DNA from: Deinococcus sp.
GTDB lineage: Bacteria > Deinococcota > Deinococci > Deinococcales > Deinococcaceae
Length of the DNA stretch: 64,000 nucleotides
Assembly (NCBI GenBank): GCA_965261005.1
Contig: OZ253375.1
Span: 2,720,001-2,784,000 of the forward strand
Reading direction: 5' to 3'
Below, piece after piece: positions 36,414 through 51,555 of this stretch; the first letter of the stretch is position 1; every line of letters begins with the position of its first letter. Under the pieces are notes generated by a model. That model searched no databases, was not told where the DNA came from, and saw nothing but the letters and a program-made list of their open reading frames with translations. The translations under genes and the position numbers were made by a program.

Positions 36414-37718
36414 ATGCTGCTCATGCCCGTCACGCAGGCCGTTATGGACGCCGCGCAAGAGGAGTCCTCGGTGCTCACCCTGACGTTCCACTCGGCGGAA
36501 TTCGACGCGGCCCTGTGGTTCGTGAAGGGCCGCATCATGGCCATGCGCGGCGCCGCGCTGCCGCTGATGAGCAGCGCGCTTCAGGCGTATGGGCTGCAAC
36601 CCGCCTCGATTGCCCAGGCCAGGCAGCGTAGCGCCAACGTTTCCGAGCTGATGGAGACGCTGGTGGCCCGCGGCCTGATCAGCGACGAGGACGTGACCGT
36701 GTTGATGCGTGAGCGCGTCGTGTCGGGCTTGCTGCCGTTGGTGTGGCGCCCCGCGCTCGCGCGAATCAGCCCGGCGCCCCCGCTTGGCGGGGTTGGAGCC
36801 GGCGCCGAGTTTGGCGGCGCGAACCGGGGAACGGAGGCGGGCGACGCGCTCCAGGAAGCCGAACGTCACGCCGACGCGCTGACGCGGCGCGAGCGGGCGC
36901 TTCAATTTTCGGACCGCTTCGTGGCCTCCCCGCTGGCCGGACGGGTCGCTCCAGAGGGCGACCCGCTGGACTTGGTGTACCGCGCCGCCCTGCGCGGCCT
37001 GACGCTCGGGGAGATGGCCCGGCGCTTGCCGCAGCGCTGGGACAGCTTGGCGCGCAACGTCCTCAGCTTGCAAGACGCCGGCGTGTTGCACAACGAGCGG
37101 GAGGCGCCGCGCCGCAAGGTGGGCCGCAAGGTGGCGCCCCAAATCGCCGTGGGCGACCCCGCCCCGGACTTCTGCCTGCCTGACTACAACGGCGGCGAGC
37201 TGCGGCTGAGCGATTTGCGCGGCAAGCCGGTCTGGCTGATCTTCAACCGCCAAAGCACCTGCGCGCTGTGCAACCCACACCACGCCCAGATCATCGCCAT
37301 GAGCGACCGGATGCGCCAGCAGGGCGTTCAGATCGTCTCGGTGTGGGGCAGCAGCTTGACGGACCTGCAACACGGCATCGGCGAGCTGCGCCCACCTTAC
37401 CCGGTGCTGGCCGACCCGCGTGACGAGATCTACGACCGCTACGGCCTGACGCGCAGCTGGGGCGGCGTTCTGGACGCGCGCAATGTACCCACGGCCCTGA
37501 AGGGACTTCGCATGCTGGGCGTCAAGGCCCTCAAGGACGACGGCGAGCTGACCCGCATGCCCGCCGAGTTTTTGATCAACCCGGACGGCAGGGTGGCGCT
37601 GGTGCACTACAACACCTACGGCACCGAATGGCTGCCGATGGAGCGGGTGTTCGCTTGGGCCGGCGACCACGCGGCGGCGCTCAGCCCGCTCGGCGCCGAG
37701 GGCTGGGAAGAGTTTTAA
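36414..37718 (+). CDS. DUF4388/PATAN-like N-terminus fused to peroxiredoxin-like (AhpC/TSA) domain
   Basis: LWFVKGRI and LVARGLIS; C-terminal GDPAPDF, TCALC, RMPAEFLINPDG. Confidence 0.75.
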   Translation: MLLMPVTQAVMDAAQEESSVLTLTFHSAEFDAALWFVKGRIMAMRGAALPLMSSALQAYGLQPASIAQARQRSANVSELMETLVARGLISDEDVTVLMRERVVSGLLPLVWRPALARISPAPPLGGVGAGAEFGGANRGTEAGDALQEAERHADALTRRERALQFSDRFVASPLAGRVAPEGDPLDLVYRAALRGLTLGEMARRLPQRWDSLARNVLSLQDAGVLHNEREAPRRKVGRKVAPQIAVGDPAPDFCLPDYNGGELRLSDLRGKPVWLIFNRQSTCALCNPHHAQIIAMSDRMRQQGVQIVSVWGSSLTDLQHGIGELRPPYPVLADPRDEIYDRYGLTRSWGGVLDARNVPTALKGLRMLGVKALKDDGELTRMPAEFLINPDGRVALVHYNTYGTEWLPMERVFAWAGDHAAALSPLGAEGWEEF

Positions 37719-37801
37719 GCTGGACCGCGCCGTGGCCAAGTCTTTCCGCGAAGCTGATATTCTGCGCCCATCCGTGGCCCCTCTCCTGACTATTCCCTGA
37801 T

Positions 37802-40318
37802 ATGCCCGCCACCGTTCCCCAAAGCGTCCTCAAGGGCCACGGCAGCGGCCCGCTGCCCCCCATGCTGGAGCAGTACGTCGCGTTGCGCGATCAGTACCCG
37901 GACTATCTGGTGCTGTTTCAGTGCGGCGACTTCTTCGAGACCTTCGGCGAGGACGCCGAGCGCTTGTCGCGCCTCTTAGGCATCAGCCTGACGCACAAGA
38001 CCAGCAAGGAGTTCTCCACCCCCATGGCCGGCGTGCCGGTGCGCGCGGCGGACAGCCACATTGAGCGCTTGCTGGCGGCCGGGGCGCGGGTGGCGGTGGC
38101 CGAGCAGATGGAGCTGCCCGGTTCCGGCCTGGTGGACCGCAAGGTGACCCAGCTGCTGACCCCCGGCACCGTGACCGAGGAGCGCCTGCTCTCCGCCGAC
38201 GAGAACTACCTGGCGGCGGTGGCGACGGGGGACGGCTACGCCCTGGCGCTCTTAGACCTCTCGACGGGGGAGTTCAGGGCGGCCTCTTTCGGCACCCGAC
38301 TGTCCCTTTACGACGAGCTGGGCCGCGTGCGCGCCCGCGAAGTGCTGCTGGCCCCCGAGATCGAGGGAAATCCGGCGTTGCTGGCGGACTTTCAAGGGCG
38401 CTTCCCGGCCATGCTCTCGCGCGGCAGCTTCGATGCAGGCGCGGCCGAAAGCGAGCTGAGGGAGACCCTCGGCCACTTGCCGGACAACCTGACCACGCCC
38501 GCCTTGCTGCGCGCCTGCGGGGCGGTGCTGGGCTACGCCCGCGCGACCCAGCAGGGCAAGCTGGAGATGGTGCGGCGCCTGACCCGCTACGAGCCGGGGG
38601 CGCAGCTGTGTTTGCCCGAAAGCGCCGTGCGGGCGCTGGAGCTGTTCGCGCCCAACAGCTCGGGCGGCCAGACCTTGCTGGGCTGCCTGTCGCAGACCCG
38701 CACGGCGGGCGGGCGGCGGCGCCTGCGGGCTTGGCTGCGCGCTCCCCTGCTGGACGCGGGCAGCGTCCGGGCGCGTGGGGACGCGGTGGAGGCGCTGGTG
38801 CGCGCGGGCGACTTGCGCGCGGGCCTGCGCAGCATCCTCTACCGGGCACACGACTTGGAGCGCCTGTCGGCGCGCATCGCCACCTGCCGGGCCACCCCGC
38901 GCGAGGTGGCCGCCCTGGCGCGCACGCTGGAACTGCTGCCGGAGCTGGCCGAGCTGCTGGCGGGGCAGGACGGCGCCTTGGGAACGTTGCAGGCGCGCCT
39001 CGGCGCCCTGCCCGACGTGGTCGCCCTGATCCGCGCGGCCCTGGTCGAGAATCCCCCCCTCAAGCTGGGCGAGGGCGGCCTGATCCGCGAAGGGTTTCAC
39101 GCCGAGCTGGACGCCCTGCGCGGCGAGGCGCTCTCTGGCCGCAGCTGGATGGCCGAGCTGGAGGCGCGCGAGCGGGGGCGCACCGGCCTGCCCGTCAAGG
39201 TCGGCTATACCAGCGTCTTCGGCTATTACCTGGAGGTGTCGCAGGCCAACGCCCACAAGGTGCCGGGCGATTACCGTCAGATCGCCACCCTCAAGGACCG
39301 CGCCCGCTTCACCCGGCCCGACATCCGCGAGCGTGAGCGCGACATCGCCCGCTGCGACCAAGCGGCCGAGCGGCTGGAGGCCGAGGTCTTTAACGAGCTG
39401 CGTGAAACGCTCTCCGGGCGCGGTGAGTCGCTGTCCGAGGCCGCCTTCGCCCTCAGCGAGCTGGACGTGCTCTCGACCCTGGCCGATGTCGCCGCCGGTC
39501 GCGGCTGGGTGCGGCCCGTGACGGTGGAGAACCACGTCCGGCTGTCTCAAGCGCGCCACCCGGTCGTGGAGCTGGCCCTCTCGGAGGCTTTTGTTCCCAA
39601 CGACGCCGAGCTGACCCCGGGGCGGCGCGTGCTGCTGCTGACCGGGCCGAATATGGCCGGCAAGTCCACCTACCTGCGCACCGTCGCGCTGTTGGCGCTG
39701 CTGCACCAGATCGGCAGCTTTGTCCCCGCCGACGAGGCCGAGCTGCCGCTCTTTGACAGCGTCCACACCCGCATCGGCGCCTCGGACGACCTCGCGGGCG
39801 GGCGCAGCACCTTTATGGTCGAGATGTCCGAGCTGGCGGGCATTCTGCACGGCGCCGGGGCGCGCAGCTTGGTGGTCCTCGACGAGGTGGGGCGCGGCAC
39901 CGCCACCCTGGACGGCCTCGCCATCGCCCAAGCGGCCCTGGAACACCTGCACGCCACCGGCGCCTACGCCCTGTTCGCCACCCATTACTTCGAGCTGACC
40001 CGCTTGGAAGGCGAGCTGCCCGGCCTGACCAATTTGCACGTCGCGGCCCAGGAGGAGGCCGGCGCGCTGACCTTTTACCACCAAGTCTTGCCGGGGGCGG
40101 CCCGCAGTTCCTACGGCGTGGAGGTTGCGCGTCTGGCCGGCTTGCCGGGAACAGTCACCGAGCGCGCGGCGCGGCTGCTGACGGCCTTTTCGGCGCGCGG
40201 CGGAGGTGGCCCCGACCTCACCCAGGAGCTGGCCGCCCTGGACCTCGGCCGCCTGACGCCCTTGGAGGCGCTGCGGCTGCTGCACGAGTGGCAGGGGAGG
40301 CTGGGGGGCAAAAGCTGA
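37802..40318 (+). CDS. mutS: DNA mismatch repair protein MutS
   Basis: PPMLEQY, GDFFETF, TGPNMAGKST, STFMVEM, ATHYFEL. Confidence 0.97.
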   Translation: MPATVPQSVLKGHGSGPLPPMLEQYVALRDQYPDYLVLFQCGDFFETFGEDAERLSRLLGISLTHKTSKEFSTPMAGVPVRAADSHIERLLAAGARVAVAEQMELPGSGLVDRKVTQLLTPGTVTEERLLSADENYLAAVATGDGYALALLDLSTGEFRAASFGTRLSLYDELGRVRAREVLLAPEIEGNPALLADFQGRFPAMLSRGSFDAGAAESELRETLGHLPDNLTTPALLRACGAVLGYARATQQGKLEMVRRLTRYEPGAQLCLPESAVRALELFAPNSSGGQTLLGCLSQTRTAGGRRRLRAWLRAPLLDAGSVRARGDAVEALVRAGDLRAGLRSILYRAHDLERLSARIATCRATPREVAALARTLELLPELAELLAGQDGALGTLQARLGALPDVVALIRAALVENPPLKLGEGGLIREGFHAELDALRGEALSGRSWMAELEARERGRTGLPVKVGYTSVFGYYLEVSQANAHKVPGDYRQIATLKDRARFTRPDIRERERDIARCDQAAERLEAEVFNELRETLSGRGESLSEAAFALSELDVLSTLADVAAGRGWVRPVTVENHVRLSQARHPVVELALSEAFVPNDAELTPGRRVLLLTGPNMAGKSTYLRTVALLALLHQIGSFVPADEAELPLFDSVHTRIGASDDLAGGRSTFMVEMSELAGILHGAGARSLVVLDEVGRGTATLDGLAIAQAALEHLHATGAYALFATHYFELTRLEGELPGLTNLHVAAQEEAGALTFYHQVLPGAARSSYGVEVARLAGLPGTVTERAARLLTAFSARGGGGPDLTQELAALDLGRLTPLEALRLLHEWQGRLGGKS

Positions 40319-40332
40319 TCTCTGCGCTCGCC

Positions 40333-40450
40333 TCAGGACGGGGCGCTGAACTCGAAGTCGGCGTACGCCTTCGTCGGCGGTCAGGAGCATACGAAGTTAT
40401 GGTTGCCGAACACGTTGTCCAGCCGGTTCACTGTTGACTAGTACTTGGCC
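40333..40450 (-). repeat. Decayed duplicate of gcvP 3' end (direct repeat of 41348-41465)
   Basis: 118-bp colinear match; first 21 nt or more identical; internal stops in the gcvP frame. Confidence 0.9.
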
Positions 40451-40473
40451 CCCCGCATAAATTCGGAAGGCCA

Positions 40474-40663
40474 TCATGCTGAAACCACCTTCAGCCGCTT
40501 CTCCTCCTCGTGCAGCCGCTCTTGCACGAAGGACTTGAGCAGTGTTTGGTACGGAATGTCCTTGAGCCGTGCGACATCCCTGAACCGCCGCTCAGGTCGG
40601 AGCCACAGCGCAGGCTGGTGGTGCGTGGGAACTTGGGCGAGTAGGAAGCAGGGGCAACCATAT
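40474..40663 (-). pseudogene. CopG/RHH-type antitoxin remnant
   Basis: TTSLRCGSDL, 1-nt frameshift, RRFRDVARLKDIPYQTLLKSFVQERLHEEEKRL. Confidence 0.65.
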
Positions 40664-40681
40664 TTAACGCTGATCTTCTCT

Positions 40682-40701
40682 TGTGCATTAAAGTGTACAC
40701 T
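40682..40701. promoter_or_regulatory. YefM-type operator
   Basis: TGTGCA and TGTACA cores 12 bp apart; perfect palindrome AGTGTACACT overlapping TACACT -10. Confidence 0.6.
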
Positions 40702-40707
40702 GCGGCC

Positions 40708-40974
40708 ATGTCCCGTTTCCTGACCATCAGCGAGGCCCGCAGACAACTGCTGGAACTGCCCGAGACGCTGGAGCGCGAGCCGGTGATCATCACGCGGCGC
40801 GGCAAGCCGGTGATGGCGGCCATCAGCTATGAGCAGTTCGAGAGCCTGGCCGAGACGCTGGACATTTTGGGCGAGCCTTCCTTTGCCGCCGATTTGCGCG
40901 AAAGCCTGCGTCAGGCCGAGCGCGGCGAGACGCTGAGCTTGGAGGACGTGCGGGCGCGGCTGTCGCGCGAATGA
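40708..40974 (+). CDS. Phd/YefM family antitoxin
   Basis: [30 protein letters not shown]. Confidence 0.9.
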   Translation: MSRFLTISEARRQLLELPETLEREPVIITRRGKPVMAAISYEQFESLAETLDILGEPSFAADLRESLRQAERGETLSLEDVRARLSRE

Positions 40975-41303
40975 TCGAGCGTTACCGCATCGCGTTCACG
41001 CCCAAGGCCGCCGCGATGCTGGAGGCGGTGCAAGACCGCCGAGAGCGAGATTTGCTGCTCAAGAGAATAGAAGAACTGGCCGAGTCCCTAGAACTTCAGG
41101 GCAAGGCGCTGCTGGGCGAGCTGCGCGGCCACCGCAGCGTTCGCGCGGTGGGACAGCGTTACCGCGTGGTCTACCGCGTCGTGCGCGAGGAGATTCTGGT
41201 GCTGGTGGTGGGCGCCGGGCGGCGCAAAGAGGGCGATAAACGGGACGTGTACGAGGTGCTGGAGCGAATGGGCGAAAGGCCCGCGAGTAGACTCAAGCTT
41301 TAA
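40971..41303 (+). CDS. RelE/ParE family toxin
   Basis: [29 protein letters not shown] overlap with antitoxin. Confidence 0.88.
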   Translation: MIERYRIAFTPKAAAMLEAVQDRRERDLLLKRIEELAESLELQGKALLGELRGHRSVRAVGQRYRVVYRVVREEILVLVVGAGRRKEGDKRDVYEVLERMGERPASRLKL

Positions 41304-41347
41304 AAAAGCACCCTTGAAGGATGCTTTCGTCGCTCAAGCTGCTTCGT

Positions 41348-44221
<2,874 letters not shown>

Positions 44222-44229
44222 GTGGTTCC

Positions 44230-44598
44230 TTACTGGGCGACCTTTTCGTACTCGTCCGCGCTGAGGACGTTCCCCAGCTCGCTCACCTTGAGCTTGAACA
44301 GCCAGCCACTCTCATACGGGCCGGCGTTGATCTGTTCCGGGCTGTCCGCGAGGGCGCCGTTTACCTCGGTCACGGTGCCGCTGGCGGGGCTGTAGATGTC
44401 GCTGGCGGTCTTGACCGACTCGACCACGGCGACCTGATCGCCCGCCCTCACCTCACGTCCCACCTCGGGCAGCTCGACGTAGACCACGTCGCCCAGCTGG
44501 TCCTGCGCGAAGTCGGAGATGCCGACGGTGGCGTCCTCGCCCTCCGCTTTGATCCACTCGTGGCTGGGCAGGTATTGGCGGTCGCTGGGGATGTTCAT
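44230..44598 (-). CDS. gcvH: Glycine cleavage H protein
   Basis: [27 protein letters not shown]. Confidence 0.97.
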   Translation of the reverse strand: MNIPSDRQYLPSHEWIKAEGEDATVGISDFAQDQLGDVVYVELPEVGREVRAGDQVAVVESVKTASDIYSPASGTVTEVNGALADSPEQINAGPYESGWLFKLKVSELGNVLSADEYEKVAQ

Positions 44599-44652
44599 AT
44601 CTCTCCTGAGTGTAGGGACTGGGAAAAGGGGGCATGGTAGGCGGGGCGGTGA

Positions 44653-44720
44653 TTAGGCCGTCCAGGGGTTCAGCAGAGGGACGCCGAAGACCTTGAAGTG
44701 GCGGGTTGGCGTAGGGTCAC
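44653..44720 (-). pseudogene. PIN/VapC toxin C-terminal remnant
   Basis: VT.. then TRHFKVFGVPLLNPWTA-stop between gcvT and gcvH. Confidence 0.55.
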
Positions 44721-44721
44721 T

Positions 44722-45789
44722 CTACTTTTTGTAAAAGGGCACCTCGACCACGCGCGCCGGAACGTCCCTGCCGCGCACCTCGATTGTGATCTCACCTCCT
44801 TCCAGCTGGCCCGCGTCAATCAGGGCCAGCGCGACGGGCACCTTCAGGGTGGGACTCATGGAGCCGCTGGTCACGCGCCCGATGACCTCGCCGCCGCCCT
44901 TGACGGGGGCGCCCTCACGGGCGATCAGCTTGTCGAGCTGGAGGCCGACCAGCTTTTCCCTCGGCGGCTCGCCCAGCAGCTTGTCCTTGCCGTAAAAATC
45001 CTTGCTGGCCTTGACGGCCCAGCCGTAGTGGCTCGACAGCGGGTTGATCTGATCTCCGAACTCGTGGCCGTACAGCGGAAAGCCCGCCTCCAAGCGCAGG
45101 GTGTCGCGCGCCCCCAGGCCGGCGGGCGTGAAGCCGATGGCCAGCAGCTTGTCCCACACGACCTCGGCCGTGCCTACGTCCACGAAAATCTCAAAGCCAT
45201 CCTCGCCGGTGTAGCCGGTGCGGGCCAGCATGACCGGGAAGCCGAACAGGTCGGCCGTGAAGACGCTGTTCTTCTTCTTGCCGGACAGTTCGGCGCTCAC
45301 ATAGGGTTGCAACACCTCCTCGGTCTTCGGCCCCTGCACGGCCAGCAGGCCCCAGGCGCCCGACTCGTCGCTGAGCTGCACGTCGAAGTCTCGCGCCAGG
45401 TCCGAGAGGTGCGCGAAGTCCTTGTCCACGTTGCCCGCGTTCACCACCATCAGGTACTCGCCCTCCCGAACGTGGTAAACGTACACGTCGTCCACCAAGC
45501 CGCCCTGAGCGTTCGGCAGCAGGTTGTACTGCGCGCGGCCGACTTTAAGCTTGCTCAGGTCGTTGGTGGTGGCGAATTGCAGAAAGTCGAGCGCCTGCGC
45601 GCCCGTCACGCGGAACTCGCCCATGTGCGACACGTCGAACACGCCGGCCCCCTCGCGCACGGCGGCGTGCTCGCCCATCACGCCCGCGTACTGGACGGGC
45701 ATCTCCCAGCCGCCGAAGGGCACCATGCGCGCCCCGGCCCGCAGGTGGGCGGCGTGGAGGGGGGTTTTCTTCAAGTCCTGGTCGTTCAC
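44722..45789 (-). CDS. gcvT: Aminomethyltransferase GcvT
   Basis: [40 protein letters not shown] 45789 six nt after TAAACT. Confidence 0.97.
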   Translation of the reverse strand: MNDQDLKKTPLHAAHLRAGARMVPFGGWEMPVQYAGVMGEHAAVREGAGVFDVSHMGEFRVTGAQALDFLQFATTNDLSKLKVGRAQYNLLPNAQGGLVDDVYVYHVREGEYLMVVNAGNVDKDFAHLSDLARDFDVQLSDESGAWGLLAVQGPKTEEVLQPYVSAELSGKKKNSVFTADLFGFPVMLARTGYTGEDGFEIFVDVGTAEVVWDKLLAIGFTPAGLGARDTLRLEAGFPLYGHEFGDQINPLSSHYGWAVKASKDFYGKDKLLGEPPREKLVGLQLDKLIAREGAPVKGGGEVIGRVTSGSMSPTLKVPVALALIDAGQLEGGEITIEVRGRDVPARVVEVPFYKK

Positions 45790-45888
45790 GGCCACAGTTT
45801 AGCGCCTCGCCTAACGGACGTTCGGTCTCTCATGCGTCTTCTCATCGAAGCGTGTTTCGGATCAGGTTCGAGAGCTTAAACTGGGCGG

Positions 45889-48402
<2,514 letters not shown>

Positions 48403-48412
48403 GGCAACGGCG

Positions 48413-49297
48413 CTAAGCCCGTTGCGCCCACCTGGCCGCGCCAATCAGGCCCGCGTCTGCGCCGAGGGCGGCGGGCAAAATCTCGGGTTGGTAGCGCTCC
48501 GGGAAGTGGCTGAGGGCCGCGCGCACCCGCTCCCCGTAGCCGCTTCTGAGTCCGACGCTGCCGCCCAGGGCCACCCGCGTCACGCCCAGCAGCGCGGCCA
48601 CGTCCGCAATCTTCCAAGCGATCAGGGCGGCGCTGCGGCCGTACAGCGCTTCCGCCGCAGCGTCGCCGGCCTCGGCGCGCTCCGCGAGGTCGCGCGCCCC
48701 GGCGTAGCCGCGTTCACGCGCCGCCCGGTCCAGGGCGCCGCCGGCCGACTCGTACTCCAGCGGGGTCAGGTCGCCCAGGAAGGGGACGTGGTAGCTGGGC
48801 CGCCAAGTGGCGGGCACCGAGGTGAAGCCCAGTTCCGCGTCAAGGCCATTGCCGGCCAGATGCAGCCGACCGCCCAGCACCAAGCCCGCCCCGACCCCGG
48901 TGCTGACCGTGACGAACATGAACTCGCTCGTCCCGCGCCCCGCGCCGTCCACGAACTCGCCCCAAGCGGCGGCCCGCGCGTCGTTGAGGGCCTGGCAGGG
49001 CAGCTTGAGGGCGGCGCTCAAATGTTCGGCCAGCGCCACATCTACCCAGCCGGGAAAAGTCTCCGCCGCCGTCGCCGTGACCCGGCCCCCGCTGACCGCG
49101 CCGGCGCAGGCGATCCCCACGGCGGCGGCCCGGCTCGCCAAGGGCCGGGCCAGCTCGGCGGCGGCCGAGAGCACCGCGTCCGGCGCGGACGGCTTGGGCG
49201 TGGCCGTCTCCAGACGCTCGACGATGGCGCCGTTACGCACCAGGGCGGCGCGCAAACTCGTTCCGCCGAGGTCGAGGGCGAGAATGTCCCCGCTCAC
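48413..49297 (-). CDS. ROK family sugar kinase (NanK-like)
   Basis: LDLGGT, LNDARAAAWGE, TVSTGVGAG, AGLIGAA; GTGA overlap. Confidence 0.88.
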   Translation of the reverse strand: MSGDILALDLGGTSLRAALVRNGAIVERLETATPKPSAPDAVLSAAAELARPLASRAAAVGIACAGAVSGGRVTATAAETFPGWVDVALAEHLSAALKLPCQALNDARAAAWGEFVDGAGRGTSEFMFVTVSTGVGAGLVLGGRLHLAGNGLDAELGFTSVPATWRPSYHVPFLGDLTPLEYESAGGALDRAARERGYAGARDLAERAEAGDAAAEALYGRSAALIAWKIADVAALLGVTRVALGGSVGLRSGYGERVRAALSHFPERYQPEILPAALGADAGLIGAARWAQRA

Positions 49298-50778
49298 GTC
49301 ACCTCCAGCGGAAACACGCCGGTGAACAGGCGCGGCCAGGCTAGGTACGGCTCCCCCAACTGCAAAGTGTGGCCCGTCCCCGCAAAGGCGCGTTTCCAAA
49401 GTTCTCGTATGCGCGGCGTCATCATCTCGGCGACCAGCCGATTGGCCCGCCCCAGCTGTTCGCCGAGGTTGAAGGGGTTGGGGTTCGTCAGGGCCGCGCG
49501 CACCTCGGCCCGAACGTGACCTTGGTACAGCGCGTCATCCACCATTCTTGAAAACAGCGCCTCCAACCGCGCCCGCTCGTCCCGCACCGGCAAGGCGCCC
49601 ATCGCCACGGCGCTGCCCAAGGTATTGCCGGCCGTGTTCCAGGCGGCGTAGCCGGCCAGGCGCGCGAGCGGGAGATCCTGAAGCAAGGTCCACAGGCGTC
49701 TCTCGGCGCCGTTCGGATAGGCGACGTCGGCGAGGCTGACCCGCATCCCCGTCTCCAAACAGTTTCCCACGAAATCCACGAACTCGGGCAGGTGGCGGGC
49801 CGCCGTGTCCACCGTGGCGAGGTCGGGCTGCACGTTCGCTTGGCGCGTTCCCGGCGTGTTGACGGCCAGCACGAAGTCGGCGTCCTGCAAGTGGTCCGTC
49901 TGAATACACCCTGCCGCGCGCAGGTGGGCCTTGACCAGCTCGCCGGCGGGCCGGTCCTCGTAGATCAGCCCCGCCGCCGCGCCGAGGGTGCCCGAGTAGC
50001 GGACGTAGGCTTTGGGGACTCCTTCTCTGAGTGAGCGCGCGATCAAGGTCGCCGGCACCTCGTCGGCGCCGGGATAGATGTCCACCCGTCGCCACAGACC
50101 CAACTCGTCGGTTCGCGCCTCCAGCAGGCGGCGGTCGTAGGCGGCCAACCCGTAGGGCGTGGTGTCGTCCAGCGTCAGGCAGAGGTGTTCGATCACGCCC
50201 GCGTGCGCGAGGTCCAGCGCCGCCAGGTGGAGGGTCCGGTTGCGCTCGCGCGTGCCGGTCCAGTCGGCCAGCACCCCGGCCGGAAGGGCGGCAACGGCGT
50301 CGTCGAGGGCGGTCTGTTCGCCGGCCCCGTGGCGTGCCCGCCGGTCGAAGGCCGTGCTGTAGGCCCTTAGCCCGCGCCCCCACTCGCCGTAGTAGGGCTT
50401 TTCCTCCAGCGGGTCGTCGTCGTGGGCCACCCGCACGATCACGCCAAAGGCGAGCACGCGCAGCTTGGGGTTGAGGCGCTTTGCCTCCTCCAAAACCTTT
50501 ACCCGTCTTAGCACATCCTTCAGCGCGTCCGGCACCTGCCGCGCGGGAATCATGCCGCCCAGCGTCAGGGTCTCCAGGCAGACGATCAGCACGTCCGCGT
50601 GCGGAGCTTCGCGCCGCAGCCAGTCGGCCAGCAGGGCCGTGTCGCCGGGTTGGTTCAGGTTTGGCAGCGCCTCCGGTGGAGGCACGCGCACCTCGGCGCC
50701 GGTCATGCGGGCGAGTTGGATAGGGTGCGCCAGGGTGGGGGGGCGCACGTCGGGGGGAATCAGCAGCAGGCGGGTCAT
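49294..50778 (-). CDS. DUF4127 family protein
   Basis: IPPDVRP, GGMIPAR, TLDDT, YPGADEV, ADVAYPNG, YAAWNTAGNTLG. Confidence 0.82.
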   Translation of the reverse strand: MTRLLLIPPDVRPPTLAHPIQLARMTGAEVRVPPPEALPNLNQPGDTALLADWLRREAPHADVLIVCLETLTLGGMIPARQVPDALKDVLRRVKVLEEAKRLNPKLRVLAFGVIVRVAHDDDPLEEKPYYGEWGRGLRAYSTAFDRRARHGAGEQTALDDAVAALPAGVLADWTGTRERNRTLHLAALDLAHAGVIEHLCLTLDDTTPYGLAAYDRRLLEARTDELGLWRRVDIYPGADEVPATLIARSLREGVPKAYVRYSGTLGAAAGLIYEDRPAGELVKAHLRAAGCIQTDHLQDADFVLAVNTPGTRQANVQPDLATVDTAARHLPEFVDFVGNCLETGMRVSLADVAYPNGAERRLWTLLQDLPLARLAGYAAWNTAGNTLGSAVAMGALPVRDERARLEALFSRMVDDALYQGHVRAEVRAALTNPNPFNLGEQLGRANRLVAEMMTPRIRELWKRAFAGTGHTLQLGEPYLAWPRLFTGVFPLEVT

Positions 50779-50796
50779 GGGCTAAGCGTCCATGGG

Positions 50797-51555
50797 CTAG
50801 GCGTCCAGTACCTTGGCGGTCCAGGCCACGGCCGCGTCCCGCATCTCCGGCGAGGTGTAGTGCTCGACGCCGGGAAAGGTGCGCGCCGCGAAGCGGTCCG
50901 GACAGCCGGCGCGCTCGTACACGGCGCGGTAGGCGCGCACGGTGGCGTCGAAGTTGGGCCAGGGAAACAGCGGGTCGTCCTGGCCGTGCAGCAGCAGCAG
51001 GGGCGTGGGCGGCGCCAGGTAAGCGTGCAGGCTGGGGCGGTGCTGCTCGATGAAGTCCCTCGCCGCCGGCAACGTGACCTCGTTTCCTTGCCACAGCCCG
51101 CCGCTGGACAGGACCGCCACGCGCCCGACCCTCTTTTCGCGCAGCGCCAGGTACTGGGCCGTGTAGCCGCCCATCGAGATGCCCAGGGCGGCGGTCGGCA
51201 ATTCGCCGTACTCGGCGTGCAGGGCGCTCAGCAGGTCCGGCGCCTCCAAGCTGGTCCGCGCCGCGCACAGCCACACGAAGTTGCGCTGCCCCAGCGTCTC
51301 CGGGTTCAGCGTGGCCCCCTGCCGCTCACCGTGGCCCACCGCGTCGGGCAGCACCACCGCGAGGCCGCTTTCTATCAGCGCCGTGAAGATGCCCAAGTTC
51401 GCCTCCTTGCTGGCCGTGACCCCGTGGTACACCAGCGCCAGGCCGCGCACGTCGCCGTGCGGGCGCTCGATCAGGCAAGGGACGCCGGCGAGGACGCGCC
51501 GCTCGACCAGGTAGGGCGCGCCGTCCATCAGCGCGGTGGCGTGGGGCGGCCTCAC
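50797..51555 (-). CDS. Alpha/beta hydrolase (esterase)
   Basis: YHG, DAVGHGER, GISMGG, LHGQDD, EH. Confidence 0.85.
   Translation of the reverse strand: MRPPHATALMDGAPYLVERRVLAGVPCLIERPHGDVRGLALVYHGVTASKEANLGIFTALIESGLAVVLPDAVGHGERQGATLNPETLGQRNFVWLCAARTSLEAPDLLSALHAEYGELPTAALGISMGGYTAQYLALREKRVGRVAVLSSGGLWQGNEVTLPAARDFIEQHRPSLHAYLAPPTPLLLLHGQDDPLFPWPNFDATVRAYRAVYERAGCPDRFAARTFPGVEHYTSPEMRDAAVAWTAKVLDA

Noticed and set aside
45790..45888. Glycine riboswitch upstream of gcvT
   Set aside because: Only about 100 bp shared with a divergent gene, no aptamer motifs, and gcvT looks leaderless.
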